DNA of 63,764 nt, filler included, from Octopus bimaculoides (GCF_001194135.2; 5 parts of 5 records of this genome joined end to end with filler, not necessarily neighbours in it); one strand, 5' to 3'; positions 1 to 13,288 are shown, counted from the first letter of the whole stretch. A program made the numbers and translations. The notes: a model not told the origin generated them from the sequence alone.

Positions 1-551
1 CATACATATACATGTGTGCGCTTGTGTATGTGTGTGAGTAAATGAGTGTGTGTGTGTGTGTGCGCTAGTGTGTGCACGTACAGATAATATACATACAGAA
101 ATCATATACATATATACACACATACATACATGCATACATACAGCTTTTATAGCTAGCCATTCATACATACACACACACACATAAATGTATATATCTATAT
201 CTATCTCTGTATATATATGGATATATATATATGTATATACATATATATCTGCATTTGTAGATATATGTATACATATATATACACACACGTATTTATATAA
301 ATATTTCTACACATACATTTGTACATATATTCAGAGAATAATACACACTTAGAGGCAATTTAGCATAAGCAAAACACGTACATATAACATCAAAAACGTA
401 TGTACATAGACATGCAAACACACACACACACGCACACACACACGTTCGTACGCACACACACTCACACGAGCAGACACACACAAATATATAGATACATGTA
501 CATAAATTTACACTTACGCACACACACACATAGACATACACATATATATTC

Positions 552-584
<33 letters not shown>

Positions 585-1246
585 NNNNNNNNNNNNNNNN
601 NNNNNNNNNNNNNNNNNNNNNNNNNNNNNNNNNNNNNNNNNNNNNNNNNNNNNNNNNNNNNNNNNNNNNNNNNNNNNNNNNNNNNNNNNNNNNNNNNNNN
701 NNNNNNNNNNNNNNNNNNNNNNNNNNNNNNNNNNNNNNNNNNNNNNNNNNNNNNNNNNNNNNNNNNNNNNNNNNNNNNNNNNNNNNNNNNNNNNNNNNNN
801 NNNNNNNNNNNNNNNNNNNNNNNNNNNNNNNNNNNNNNNNNNNNNNNNNNNNNNNNNNNNNNNNNNNNNNNNNNNNNNNNNNNNNNNNNNNNNNNNNNNN
901 NNNNNNNNNNNNNNNNNNNNNNNNNNNNNNNNNNNNNNNNNNNNNNNNNNNNNNNNNNNNNNNNNNNNNNNNNNNNNNNNNNNNNNNNNNNNNNNNNNNN
1001 NNNNNNNNNNNNNNNNNNNNNNNNNNNNNNNNNNNNNNNNNNNNNNNNNNNNNNNNNNNNNNNNNNNNNNNNNNNNNNNNNNNNNNNNNNNNNNNNNNNN
1101 NNNNNNNNNNNNNNNNNNNNNNNNNNNNNNNNNNNNNNNNNNNNNNNNNNNNNNNNNNNNNNNNNNNNNNNNNNNNNNNNNNNNNNNNNNNNNNNNNNNN
1201 NNNNNNNNNNNNNNNNNNNNNNNNNNNNNNNNNNNNNNNNNNNNNN

Positions 1247-1313
<67 letters not shown>

Positions 1314-1359
1314 GACACTTATGTATGTGTATGTATATGTATATGCTTTTATTCTTTCA

Positions 1360-1620
1360 TTCTATTACTTGTTCCAGTCATCTTACTGCGGCCATGCTAG
1401 AGCATCAGCTTTAGGAGAACGAATCAACTCCAGGACTTATTCTATCGGTCTATTTTATCGAACCGCTATGATACAGGGACGTAAACACACCAACATATGT
1501 GTATGTGTTTGTGTGTGCATCTGTGTTTGTCCCTATCACCACTTGACGACCGATGTTGGTGTGTTTACGTCCCCGTGACTTAACGGTTCGAGAAAAGTGC
1601 CGATAGAATAAGTACTAGTG
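1360..1620. mobile_element. Two SINE family B 3' halves in inverted orientation
   Basis: 1440-1496 (ttctatcgg...gggacgtaaacacaccaacat) is the near reverse complement of 1552-1608 (atgttggtgtgtttacgtccc...ccgatagaa). Confidence 0.7.
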
Positions 1621-3328
1621 TGTATGGGTGTTTGCATAGTGGTGCGTGTGTGGTGAGAGTACTGAGGTAGGCGGTATGCAGGTGAGTAGGTGGAGGGGGC
1701 AGTTGGATATGGGTGGTGTGTGAGAACCCATGTGGGGTTTGTGTTAGATCTAGAGAGGTAGTGAGTTAAGCACATATGGCGCAAAGGAACGAAGAGCGAA
1801 GATACATTACTGTTCACCGCGAAGGCGGGAGTCAGCGTGGCCCCCGTGCAGAGACAGTCCGAATACACACACACGCATATATATATNNNNNNNNNNNNNN
1901 NNNNNNNNNNNNNNNNNNNNNNNNNNNNNNNNNNNNNNNNNNNNNNNNNNNNNNNNNNNNNNNNNNNNNNNNNNNNNNNNNNNNNNNNNNNNNNNNNNNN
2001 NNNNNNNNNNNNNNNNNNNNNNNNNNNNNNNNNNNNNNNNNNNNNNNNNNNNNNNNNNNNNNNNNNNNNNNNNNNNNNNNNNNNNNNNNNNNNNNNNNNN
2101 NNNNNNNNNNNNNNNNNNNNNNNNNNNNNNNNNNNNNNNNNNNNNNNNNNNNNNNNNNNNNNNNNNNNNNNNNNNNNNNNNNNNNNNNNNNNNNNNNNNN
2201 NNNNNNNNNNNNNNNNNNNNNNNNNNNNNNNNNNNNNNNNNNNNNNNNNNNNNNNNNNNNNNNNNNNNNNNNNNNNNNNNNNNNNNNNNNNNNNNNNNNN
2301 NNNNNNNNNNNNNNNNNNNNNNNNNNNNNNNNNNNNNNNNNNNNNNNNNNNNNNNNNNNNNNNNNNNNNNNNNNNNNNNNNNNNNNNNNNNNNNNNNNNN
2401 NNNNNNNNNNNNNNNNNNNNNNNNNNNNNNNNNNNNNNNNNNNNNNNNNNNNNNNNNNNNNNNNNNNNNNNNNNNNNNNNNNNNNNNNNNNNNNNNNNNN
2501 NNNNNNNNNNNNNNNNNNNNNNNNNNNNNNNNNNNNNNNNNNNNNNNNNNNNNNNNNNNNNNNNNNNNNNNNNNNNNNNNNNNNNNNNNNNNNNNNNNNN
2601 NNNNNNNNNNNNNNNNNNNNNNNNNNNNNNNNNNNNNNNNNNNNNNNNNNNNNNNNNNNNNNNNNNNNNNNNNNNNNNNNNNNNNNNNNNNNNNNNNNNN
2701 NNNNNNNNNNNNNNNNNNNNNNNNNNNNNATATATATATATATATATATATAAATTCGAGACACGTATGCGTATCGGTTAGTTGAGAGTCAGAGAGATAG
2801 ATTATAAAAGCAAAATGACTCTAGACTGCAAATTTTCAGGCTAACTTCGGTAGAAGAGGCAGTGGAATGGTTTGGCTCTCGGCTGTTAACAACAACGATC
2901 TCCTTCTGTCGGTAAGCCAAACGTTTAGAATTCAATAACAGCTGAGGCATTGCATATACAGACCGTTTGAAGAACTGGATATTTTGTGTCACAAGCCCTA
3001 ATCTCAACACACTTGCAAGGACACATATCGATGTGTACGAGCGCGCGACACACTCACACATACACACACATACACATGCGCTATATGTATGTGAGTGTGT
3101 ATATATATATGTATATGTGTGTGAGTGTTTATGTGCGTGCGTGTGTATGTATGTTTGTGTTTATATGTGTGCGTGTGTATGTCCGACGGAACAAGTACCA
3201 AGCTTTAAAAATAAAAATATTTACTTAAGTCAATTCGTTTGACTAAAATTCTTCAATGCGGTGCACCAGTATGGCCGTAGTCTAATGACCGAAGCAACTA
3301 AACAATAAAATATAAAAGCTATATTCGT

Positions 3329-3539
3329 TTCTATTCTAGGCACAAGGACCGAAATTTTGGGGGAGGGGGCCAGTCAATTAGATCGACCCAGTATGCAACT
3401 GGCACTTAATTTATCAGCCCTGAAAGGATGAAAGGCAAAGTCGACCTCTGTGGAATTTGAACTCAGAACATAAAGACAGACGAAATACCGCTAAGCATTT
3501 TACCCGGCATGCTATCGGTTCTGCCAGCTCACCGCCTTA
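3329..3539 (-). mobile_element. tRNA-derived SINE family A
   Basis: Reverse complement of the consensus seen many times in this window: taaggcggtgagctggcagaa...ttctgagttcaaattcc...gtcgactttgcctttcatcc...ggggtcgat. Confidence 0.8.
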
Positions 3540-4430
3540 GGCCAAAGGCTAAAATGTATATTAACAACTGAAAAGCAACTGCGCCACCTTAAACTATAGA
3601 AACCCACGTGCAACTAAATATGGTTTAGACAGTCATTCCTGTATTAAATATGGAATCTTAGTTACTACTTACAGCGCAGGTGTTGGTGGAAGAAAAACTG
3701 ATGATAAATGTGGACCAGGAGAACGAGAGACCTTCATTTCTATTTGCGGACAGGTATGTTAGTTGGGGTTAAAAACATTTATTTCTTCGTTCTCTGAATT
3801 ACCTGGTATGATTCTGCTCTATTATTCCAGTAGATTATCCTCTGTAAAATTTATTTCTTTACCTACAAGCCTCAACAGTCCTAAAATCGCTTTTAATACC
3901 CTCAACTCTTTTTCTTCAACATTGATAAAATTCTTGGCCACATTCACCTACTCCTAGAAAACATTCATACAGGAGTGATTTGTTGCTCTTGTTCTATAAA
4001 TACAAATATGGATGCATGCATTGCAGAGTGGTTACTGCTGGTGAGCTGTTGTAACATCACTAATTTTGACCGCATAACTGGCATCCAAGTTTATTCCAGT
4101 TCATGAAACATTTTGATTGCACCTCTTATAATCTGATTTACTGTACAACTTGTCGACTCTTTAAAGATGATTGAAACCAGGTGATCACTTCTTTGAGTAT
4201 CTAACTGGCATCCAGAAAATCATCTCCGTACTCTGTAATTTTGAGGTCCGAATTTCAATTCCGTAGTCTTCTTCTTGACCCACTTCACATAACGGCTCAA
4301 ATACAAGGGGATCATCTAACTTTTTTCACTTGAATACCTCGAATATTATGGGAACTTTACTTTTATTTTATTTTTACCTAATTTTAGAATCCAAACTTTA
4401 TTTTCTTAACTTTTTTGATATTCGAGTATA

Positions 4431-5100
4431 ATCTTTGCTACTCTAGGCACAAGGCCCGAAAATTTTGGGGAGGGAGTCAGTCGATGAGATCGACCCCAGT
4501 ACGCAACTGGTACTTAATTTATCGACCTCGAAAGGATGAAAGGCAAAGTCGACCTCGGCGGAATTTGAACTCAGAACGTAAAGACAGACGAAATACCGCT
4601 AAGCATTCCGCCCGATATTGCTAATGTTTCTTATTTCTTTATTGCCCACAAGGGGCTAAACATAGAGGGGACAAACAAGGACAGACAAAGGGATTAAGTC
4701 GATTAGATCGACCCCAGTACGTGACTGGTACTTAATTTATCGATCTCNNNNNNNNNNATCGACCTCGAAAGGATGAAAGGCAAAGTCGACCTCGGCGGAA
4801 TTTGAACTCAGAACGTAAAGACAGACGAAATACCGCTAAGCATTCCGCCCGATATTGCTAATGTTTCTTATTTCTTTATTGCCCACAAGGGGCTAAACAT
4901 AGAGGGGACAAACAAGGACAGACAAAGGGATTAAGTCGATTAGATCGACCCCAGTACGTGACTGGTACTTAATTTATCGATCTCGAAAGGATGAAAGGCA
5001 AAGTCAACCTCGCCGGAATTTGAACTCAGAACGTAAAGACAGACGAAATACCACTGAGCATTCCGTCCGGCGTGCTGACGATTCTGCCAACTCACCGCCT
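4431..5100 (-). mobile_element. Tandem SINE family A copies (partly duplicated across a 10-N gap)
   Basis: Family A consensus repeated. One copy carries the LINE-like tail atttctttattgcccacaaggggctaaacatagaggggacaaac. 4521-4747 is repeated at 4758-4984. Confidence 0.8.
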
Positions 5101-6252
5101 CATATATTCGAGTATAATGCTTCTCCCACGCAGTTGTGTTCTGGCAAATATCTCACATCAAACACCAGTAAATTCGGTTTTCAAGTTTTCAATTTTGTGA
5201 ATTCAGAGGAAACCATACGATGAGGACTGAAACTTTAGCGACATCAGCTTTTCTCCCAAAAGACCCAGAGAAGGACGAAGCCAATGTTGTAGTCACAGTA
5301 ATAGAATCTCTAAAATTGATGAATATTTTATTAGCATGTAGAGCAGCAAATCGATGTCTCCAGTGGCCAAAACCTACACAGGAAGCCAGTGGCTTTGCAA
5401 GAACAACACCAACGATAATTATTAATAATTTCAACATTATCAAACACCTCTAGTCTTAGCAACAATAAACATTATAATGAGTTAACGAGAAAGTTTCTAC
5501 GTCCTTTCCTAGCCTGATTGAAATTCCAAACAAATCTTCCTTAAATATTACACTATTGTCTCAGAAGTCTTTAATCGTTTACTTCTTTCAGTCATTAGAC
5601 TTCGGCCATTCTGGAGCATAGCCTTGAAAAATATTAGTCAAACCTGTTGTCCCCATTACTGAATATTTGTTAAAGCCTTGTGCTTATTTTATCGGTTTCT
5701 TATGTCGTACCGCGACATTACAGAAACGTGAATACGCCAACACAAGTTGTCAAGCAGTGATGGGGGGAGAAATACTCACACACACACACACACACATACA
5801 CACACACACACACACACACAGAGTACAGGTTTCTTTCAGTTTCTGTCGACCAAATCTCACTTTGGTCGGTCCAAGGCTACAGCAGAAGGTACCACCTGCT
5901 CGTGAAATTAACATGCAAGTGGTTGAGTACTCCGCAGAATGCGACGNNNNNNNNNNNNNNNNNNNNNNNNNNNNNNNNNNNNNNNNNNNNNNNNNNNNNN
6001 NNNNNNNNNNNNNNNNNNNNNNNNNNNNNNTCGGTTTCTTATGTCGTACCGCGACATTACAGAAACGTGAATACGCCAACACAAGTTGTCAAGCAGTGAT
6101 GGGGGGAGAAATACTCACACACACACACACACACATACACACACACACACACACACATACACACACACACACACACACACAGAGTACAGGTTTCTTTCAG
6201 TTTCTGTCGACCAAATCTCACTTTGGTCGGTCCAAGGCTACAGCAGAAGGTA

Positions 6253-6464
6253 CCACCTGCTCGTGAAATTAACATGCAAGTGGTTGAGTACTCCGCAGAA
6301 TGCGACGAAAAGCTGAGCCTTTGAAAATGCAGGTACTGCCCAGTTTCTCAGCTGAGTAGACTGAAGCAACTTGAAATGAAGTGCCTTGCTCAAGGCCACA
6401 CCGTGCCGGCGGGAATCGAACACACGATCGTGAGCAGAACACCCAACCACTAAGCCACGCGCCT
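6253..6464 (-). mobile_element. tRNA-derived SINE family C (internally deleted)
   Basis: Reverse complement begins aggcgcgtggcttagtggttgggtgttc...gtgttcgattcccgcc (A and B boxes). Confidence 0.75.
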
Positions 6465-6504
6465 ACACTATCGTGCCTAATGTGAACAACAAATAATGGC
6501 TGCA

Positions 6505-6678
6505 AATTTTGCTACAAGGGCGGCCATTTTTGGAAAGGGAATGAGTCGATTACATCGACCCCAGTGTTTCACTGGTACTTAATTTATCTCCCCCGAAAGG
6601 ATGAAGGGCTAAGTCGATCTCGGCGGAATTTGAACTCAGAATATAAAGACAGCCAAAATATCGCCAGGCATTCTGCCA

Positions 6679-6680
<2 letters not shown>
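6505..6680 (-). mobile_element. SINE family A
   Basis: gtcgattacatcgaccccagtg...cggcggaatttgaactcagaa. Confidence 0.75.
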
Positions 6681-6719
<39 letters not shown>

Positions 6720-7576
6720 AGTTAATCTCCACCGGGGCGCATATAGCCCAAGGCGGTCCATATAATATTCTATTGTTAAAATTTATCTCCAATAAAATGG
6801 CTCTATAACTTCTGTGATACATAAAATGTTTTAAGAATTATTTTTATACAATTCCTGATAATATTTTTGATTATAAAAATTATGACACGGACTTTTAGAC
6901 ATCGAATGAAGGTTTACCCGTGTAATATAGGGACCAAAGAGGTCCCTAAGCGAAAAAGGGTTGAGTGCAACAACTGTACCAAGTTGCCCGAGCAGCAGAA
7001 ATACATGGAAAATCTCCTTCAGATCTCACGTCATCGTCTTAGAAAGAAAGATACACGTTGGCCAGTTGAATGGTGTAGACCCGGTTTCCCTAGATATTGG
7101 AAAATAGGCGGGATGGTCATGGCTGGAACGGGCTATTCTAGAACTGAGCAAAAACTGTGTTGAAGAACTTCGAGCAGTGGCAGTAGTAAGAGATGGTAGA
7201 GAGAGGCAGCGGGGGGGGGTAAGCCTCGTGCGGAGTGGGAGGGCGATAGTAATAACATTTACTACTGTTTCTCACCACAGTGTAAGTAAATGGAGGAGGG
7301 GTAACAGGAGGCAGGCGGATGGAGAAGAGGAGGAGGAGGAGGAGGAGGAGGAGGAAAAAGGCGGCAGTAATAACATTTGCTACTTTTACAAGTTGTTACC
7401 AAACGTGACCTGGATAACAAATATGTCATTAAGTCACACACACACACACACACACACACGCTGTTTCTATATAGTATGGACGATGATGACGATGACAATG
7501 ATGATGGTGGTGGTGGTGGCCGCAAAGAAATGATGATGACGATGATGGCGAATAACAACGGCGTTCACGATGATGA

Positions 7577-7610
<34 letters not shown>

Positions 7611-7934
7611 GTTGGTGGTGGTTCCTGCTGATGGTTATTGTGTAGTAACTTTAAGTAGTAGTGATGGTGGTAGTGGTGGTGGTGGTAATGAAGGCAATGA
7701 TGACGACGATGATGATTGCTGACTATGACGACGACGACGACGACGACGATGATGATGATGACTATGATGAAAAAAGTAGTGTTAGTAACGATGTTTTCCA
7801 ATAGCAAAGATACTGGAGCTGGTGTCGCTTTTGTAGCAAAACAGCTTCACAGCCGATAGAATGGAAATACAAAACAGCAGCGCAGCTCAGACAATCTCTA
7901 AATCGCACACTAAATATATATTCTTTTATTCTTT

Positions 7935-8339
7935 TATTCCTTTACATGTTTCACTCATTTTGACTGCAAGCATTATGGAGTATTTATTGCCTTTCAGGGT
8001 TTTTTTTTTTCTTTTTGGTCGCAGAAATCGACCCCACGACGTATTTCTCTGTAAGCCTAGTACTTTATTCAATCAGTCTTTTTTTGCTGAACCGCTATGT
8101 AAAGGGGAAGTACAAACACTACTATCGGTCTTCAAGGGATGGTGGGGCGGGGCACAAACACACACACACACATACACACACATATATACGACGGGCTTCT
8201 TTCAGTTTCCCTCTACCAAATCCACTCACTTTGGTCGGCCTGAAGCAATAGAAGAAGACACTTGCCCAAGGTGCCACGCAGAGGGACTGAACCCGGAACC
8301 ATGTGGTTGGGAAGCAAGCTTCTTACCACAAAGCCATGC

Positions 8340-8348
<9 letters not shown>
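7935..8348 (-). mobile_element. tRNA-derived SINE family B, near full length
   Basis: Reverse complement of ggtgcaggcatggctttgtggtaagaagcttgcttcccaaccacatggttccgggttcagtccc...caccttgggcaagtgtcttc..., with an internal (CA/TA)n. Confidence 0.8.
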
Positions 8349-8371
<23 letters not shown>

Positions 8372-8403
8372 NNNNNNNNNNGCTTCTTACCACAAAGCCA
8401 TGC

Positions 8404-8442
<39 letters not shown>

Positions 8443-8912
8443 CGTGCGTGTGCGTGTGTGTGTATTTATTTATTTATTTATTTATATATACATATATACA
8501 TAATATATAGATGTATATATATATACACACCCACCCACACACACTCACGCACGCACGCACACACTCCCCCCACACACACATACACACGCACACACACACA
8601 CACACACATATATATATGCGTTTTCTCCTTTTGTCTCAGTCAATGGACTGCGACCATGCAGGGGCATCGGCTTGACGGGTTCGGTTGAACAAACCGATAT
8701 TTTACGTCTGGTACTTATCTACCGGTATATTACAGGACCGCTAGGTCCCGGGGATATAAACAAACCAACACGTGTTATCTGGCTGCAATTATATTTCATC
8801 GATGGAAACTGAAAGAAGACCGATGTATATACATACATATACTACATACATGTGTGTGTGTGTGTGTGGGGGGGTGTCTGTGTGTGTCTGTGTGTGTGTG
8901 TGAGTGTGTATG

Positions 8913-9227
8913 TGGCACTTCATCCGTTACGATGACAAGTGTTCCAGTTGATCCGATCAATGGAACAGTCTGGTCGTGAAATTAACATGGTAGTGGCTGA
9001 GTACTCCACAGACATATGTGCCCTTAATGTAAGTTCTTAGGGAAATTCAGAGTGTGGCAAGGCTGTCCCTTTGTAATTACAGGTACAACTCATCTTTGCA
9101 AGCTGAGTGGACTGGAGTAACATGAAATAAAGTGTCTTGCTCAAGGACACAACGCGTCGCCGGGAATTGAACTCACGACTTTATGGATTGTGAACCGAAT
9201 ACCGTAACCATTAAGGCACACGCCTTC
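8913..9227 (-). mobile_element. SINE family C, full length
   Basis: Matches the 30226-30547 copy in reverse orientation (gtgtcttgctcaaggacacaacgcgtcgccgggaattgaactcacg). Confidence 0.8.
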
Positions 9228-10629
9228 ACTTATATATACATATGTGTGTGTGCATGTGTATGTGTGAGTGCGTGTCTAGGTGTATGTGTGTGTGCTTGTA
9301 TTTCCTCCTTACCACTTTGACAACCAATGTTGGTTTGTTTACATTCCAAAACCTGGTTGTTTTGGTAAAAAGAACCAGGATTAAAAGCACAAATTTCTGG
9401 GGGTCGATTTGTTCGACTAAACTGGAGCGGGGGTTTCCAAAGTGGTCAATATCGACCTCTCAGGGCCGATGGTACTATTTAAGGGGTCGATAAGTGCACA
9501 TCAACTTAATTATTAATAGTTTTATTTTCTTGTACATGCCTAGACGTCACTCAATCAAGGATTCCGTGAAGGGGTCGATAGTCTAAAAAATTTGGTGACC
9601 CCTGGACTTAAACCCTTCATGGTGTTACATGAGTATAGCCGCAGCCCTGCTTGCAGGGTCAGTCTTCTTCTTTGTCGGCCCACCCGCACGCACGCACACA
9701 CATTGATAAAAACGCACGCATCCCTACATAAATCCTCACAAATATACCAAATATCTCTTCCCCTCTCTCTCTCACCCTTTTTCTCCTACTCTCTCTCTCT
9801 CTCTCTGTCTTTCTTTCTGTCTCCCCCTTTCTGCCTTTCTCTTTCTATCTCTCTCTCTCTCTCTCTCCCCTCCCTCCCTCTCTCTCTCCCTCCCCCTCTC
9901 TCTCTCCCTATCATTTTGTTTCCTCGTTGTCTTTCTGTCGCTATCTCCCTCCCTCTTTCTTTCTTTCTTTCTTTGATTCTGTCATTTTTCGTCATCCTTC
10001 TCCCCTTCATTCCATTTCTGTCTCCCCCTCACCCCTCTCCTCCTTCCTGCGTTCATTCTCTTTCTCTCTCTCACACACTCTCTCTTTCTTTCTCTCTCTA
10101 ATTTCCTTCTTCCGTCATCTTTCTTTCGCTATATCGCTCCCTTCTCTTTCTTTCTCTCTCTCTTCCCCTTCGCACCTCACCATATCTCCCTCTTCTACCC
10201 CCTAAACACCTCCTCCACCAACCCCATATACCTACACCGTGTTTCAGTCTATAACATTAATCCCATCATAGCTCGGTCCCTGTTATTTCCTAGTTTAATA
10301 TCCCTTAATTTCTGATTTTACGACCCAGATTTCCTGGATAAATCGTGGGGCCCTTTTACCCTCGTCTCAGCCTCTTACTTACCGGGGGTTAGGAGAGATG
10401 CTCACTCTGCGCCCTGTAATAAGCAATAAAATCACCCATTCAGGAGTGNNNNNNNNNNCCCACCATCTCGAGCGTTCCTCACTCCTTTCGTCCTCTTTTC
10501 AATATTCCAGACGAGAAAGGGATACACCGATGAAAGAAAGAAAGAGAGAAAGAAAGGAAGGAAGGAAGGAAGAAAGCGTGCGTGTTGTGTGTGCGTATAT
10601 GAGTTTGTGTGTGTGTGAGTGTGTGTGTG

Positions 10630-10652
10630 CAATTTTTTCTAGTTGCCATATG

Positions 10653-10699
<47 letters not shown>

Positions 10700-10727
10700 G
10701 TGCATCTATCTATCTATCTGTCTGTAT

Positions 10728-10773
<46 letters not shown>

Positions 10774-10785
10774 ACATATATAGAT

Positions 10786-10854
<69 letters not shown>

Positions 10855-10952
10855 TATATACACACATATATATGCATGTATAGAGATATATAGAAGCATA
10901 TATGTATATATTTGCATATATATATGGAAGCGTATTTATTATATATGTACAC

Positions 10953-11006
<54 letters not shown>

Positions 11007-11129
11007 GCATATGTATTATTACACATATATAAATACATGCATATATGTATGCATATATATATATAGATATGTATGTGTATATGTATATGTATGTGTATAT
11101 ATATATATACATATATATATGTATGTAAG

Positions 11130-11160
<31 letters not shown>

Positions 11161-11272
11161 ACATAAATAAAGAAAATACACATACATACATAGATACTTG
11201 TACACATACACACACAAGCATATAGCGAGTATATGCATAAAATGAGAGAGAAATATTTTGCATTAGAGAGTG

Positions 11273-11326
<54 letters not shown>

Positions 11327-11330
11327 AAGA
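10630..11330. repeat. Compound microsatellite block (CTAT)n,(CT)n,(TA)n,(GA)n
   Basis: Read directly from the sequence. Representative of the many di- and tetranucleotide tracts in the window. Confidence 0.9.
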
Positions 11331-11794
11331 GTGTGTTTGTGTGTAATATTGAAAATAATTGGAGAAACCATTTGGGAGAGAGAGAAACCGAGAAGAAAAA
11401 GCGAGAGCGCGTGAGATATCGGAGCCGTCCGACTAGATTTCCTTGTGATAAGCGAAGTTTTAGGCCTCTCAATACGGCAGCTTGTAACGATTACAAGTTG
11501 GTCTTGAGAAAGTGAGGTTAAAAGATCATATATAAGAATGAGATGATGGAATGAATAAACTTGAGCGTCATTCTTAATCAAAAACTAATCACATTGTCTT
11601 GCCTTGAGTGACGTCGTTAACCTTGCAGCCATTAACGACTATTGTTTAACGCTGTTGTTTTGAAATAAGTTTTGCTAACACCGACCTCCACAACCTCGCC
11701 TTTATCGCCATTCCAACGCTGGCTTTCACGAGGCTCCATGTGCTTTAATTTGATTTTTCCATCTGTTATTTTTATTTCCATTCTACAAACTACA

Positions 11795-11854
<60 letters not shown>

Positions 11855-11874
11855 TGATAATAATAATAATGATG

Positions 11875-12240
11875 ATGATTTCATTTATTGGCCACAAGGG
11901 CCAAATATGAGGGGACAATACAAAGATAGACACAAAGTGTTGGGGTTTACATTTAATGTAATGATAAAAAAAACATGGAAGTTATACACTGAAAAAGAAG
12001 GGATTTATACATAGGATACAAAAAAAAAATAAAGAAAGAGAAAAAGGTGGTGAGTGTGGCTGATAGAGATGTGGCCCTCCTGATACAGGAAGGTCTCTAG
12101 AAATAATCGACCAACCCCAGCGTTCGAGATTTCCATAAACACCTAGAGCAAGTGCCCTCTCCAGTTCCTTTCGATAAAAATCCAATTGAGGGCCACTGCT
12201 CTAGGTCCTGAAATGAGTGACTGATACATGGAAATAACTG
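11875..12240 (-). mobile_element. Probable Tx1/L1-like LINE 3' end (ORF2 tail, 3'UTR, trinucleotide-repeat tail)
   Basis: Minus strand has a decayed ORF (...ERWGWSII...GGPHLY), a pyrimidine-rich UTR, ...tgtcccctcatatttggcccttgtggccaataaatgaaat, and then an (ATC/ATT)n tail at 11800-11880. Confidence 0.55.
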
Positions 12241-12420
12241 GAATAATATATCAAATTCAGGAGGAATTTGCATAAATCGTTTTCTTTTGCAAAATTAATT
12301 CATGATTCTAGGTGGAGATTTGGCAGAAACGGTTAAATTCCCTAACGGTGTAGGCAAAGCACATAGTTGTATATATACACTAACAAGGACTATAATCGCC
12401 CGAAAACACCGATAGATAAT

Positions 12421-12473
12421 TCCTTATACTGACCGGTCAGTTTCGGCAGTTTCCATTGCCTCATCAGGAAGGA
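12421..12473 (-). ncRNA. Minimal type-I hammerhead ribozyme (Penelope type)
   Basis: Minus strand: tccttc-CTGATGA-GGCA atggaaac TGCC-GAA-ACTGACCGGTCAGT-A-taagga. Core is intact, stem II has 4 bp, stem III is palindromic, the triplet is GUA, and stem I is tcctt/aagga with a 1.1-2.1 mismatch. Confidence 0.75.
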
Positions 12474-12604
12474 CTGGTTTGATTTCAGCAGTTTCTGGGC
12501 ACAGTTCTCTGTCAGTATACATGCATACAATTATGTTCTTTCATTACAGCATTAGAGTATTTTAACTCTTATTTTTAGCAATATAGGTGTTTCTATAACA
12601 CCCC

Positions 12605-12637
<33 letters not shown>

Positions 12638-13254
12638 GTGTGTGTGAGCAACAACAACAACAACAACAAACGCGCACACACACACGCACGCACGTTCGCA
12701 CACACACACATAATGTGACTGATTAATATCCGCATTGACTTCGCTTATTGATAAATTTTTTTTAATTAGTTCTAAGCTAATATGGTAACCGTTATATTTA
12801 GACATTTATTTATTTCACCAATTTCACCAATTTTACTTGTCTGCTGGAAAAAGTCAATATTTGTCAATATTTATATCGTCGACTTCAATCAAGCGAAGTA
12901 CATAAAGTTATCTCACAAAATGGCGGAATTATCTCACTGTAAGCACAAACAGTCTGATGTATTAGAAAGGCGGGAGGAAAATCATATTAGACTAAAATTC
13001 AGACAAAACGTTTTCAAGGACTGAATATGTCCTGTTGTGTATTTCCCTGTGAATACAATTTATTAATACGGCTGCGATGTATGTTTGTCCGACTTCAGTT
13101 TATCATCATTTGAGATTGTGTGATGCAGTTCGGGTCGCGTTTGATGAGGCGTAACTTTTGGTTCACATAAAAATGTTGACCCTTTTCTCTCCACGAAGTT
13201 GATTTCCATCTTGATACATTGTCGAAATTGTGTGTATGTGTGTGTGTGTATGTG

Positions 13255-13288
<34 letters not shown>

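Noticed and set aside
3545-4330. Coding-looking decayed sequence on the minus strand
   Set aside because: Multiple stops and no motif I can assign. Possibly an old TE, but unsupported.
4521-4984. 227-bp direct duplication (4521-4747 / 4758-4984)
   Set aside because: Identical copies flanking a 10-N gap indicate an unmerged contig overlap, not a biological repeat.
5692-6306. Duplication of a SINE B/C chimera across a gap
   Set aside because: The copies differ only in (CA)n length and flank Ns, so this is an assembly or haplotype overlap. The same applies to 8324-8420 and 19393-20005.
9461-9604. cagggcc...gacccctg as a hAT-type MITE
   Set aside because: The ends match only loosely and there is no 8-bp TSD. 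At most a decayed relic.
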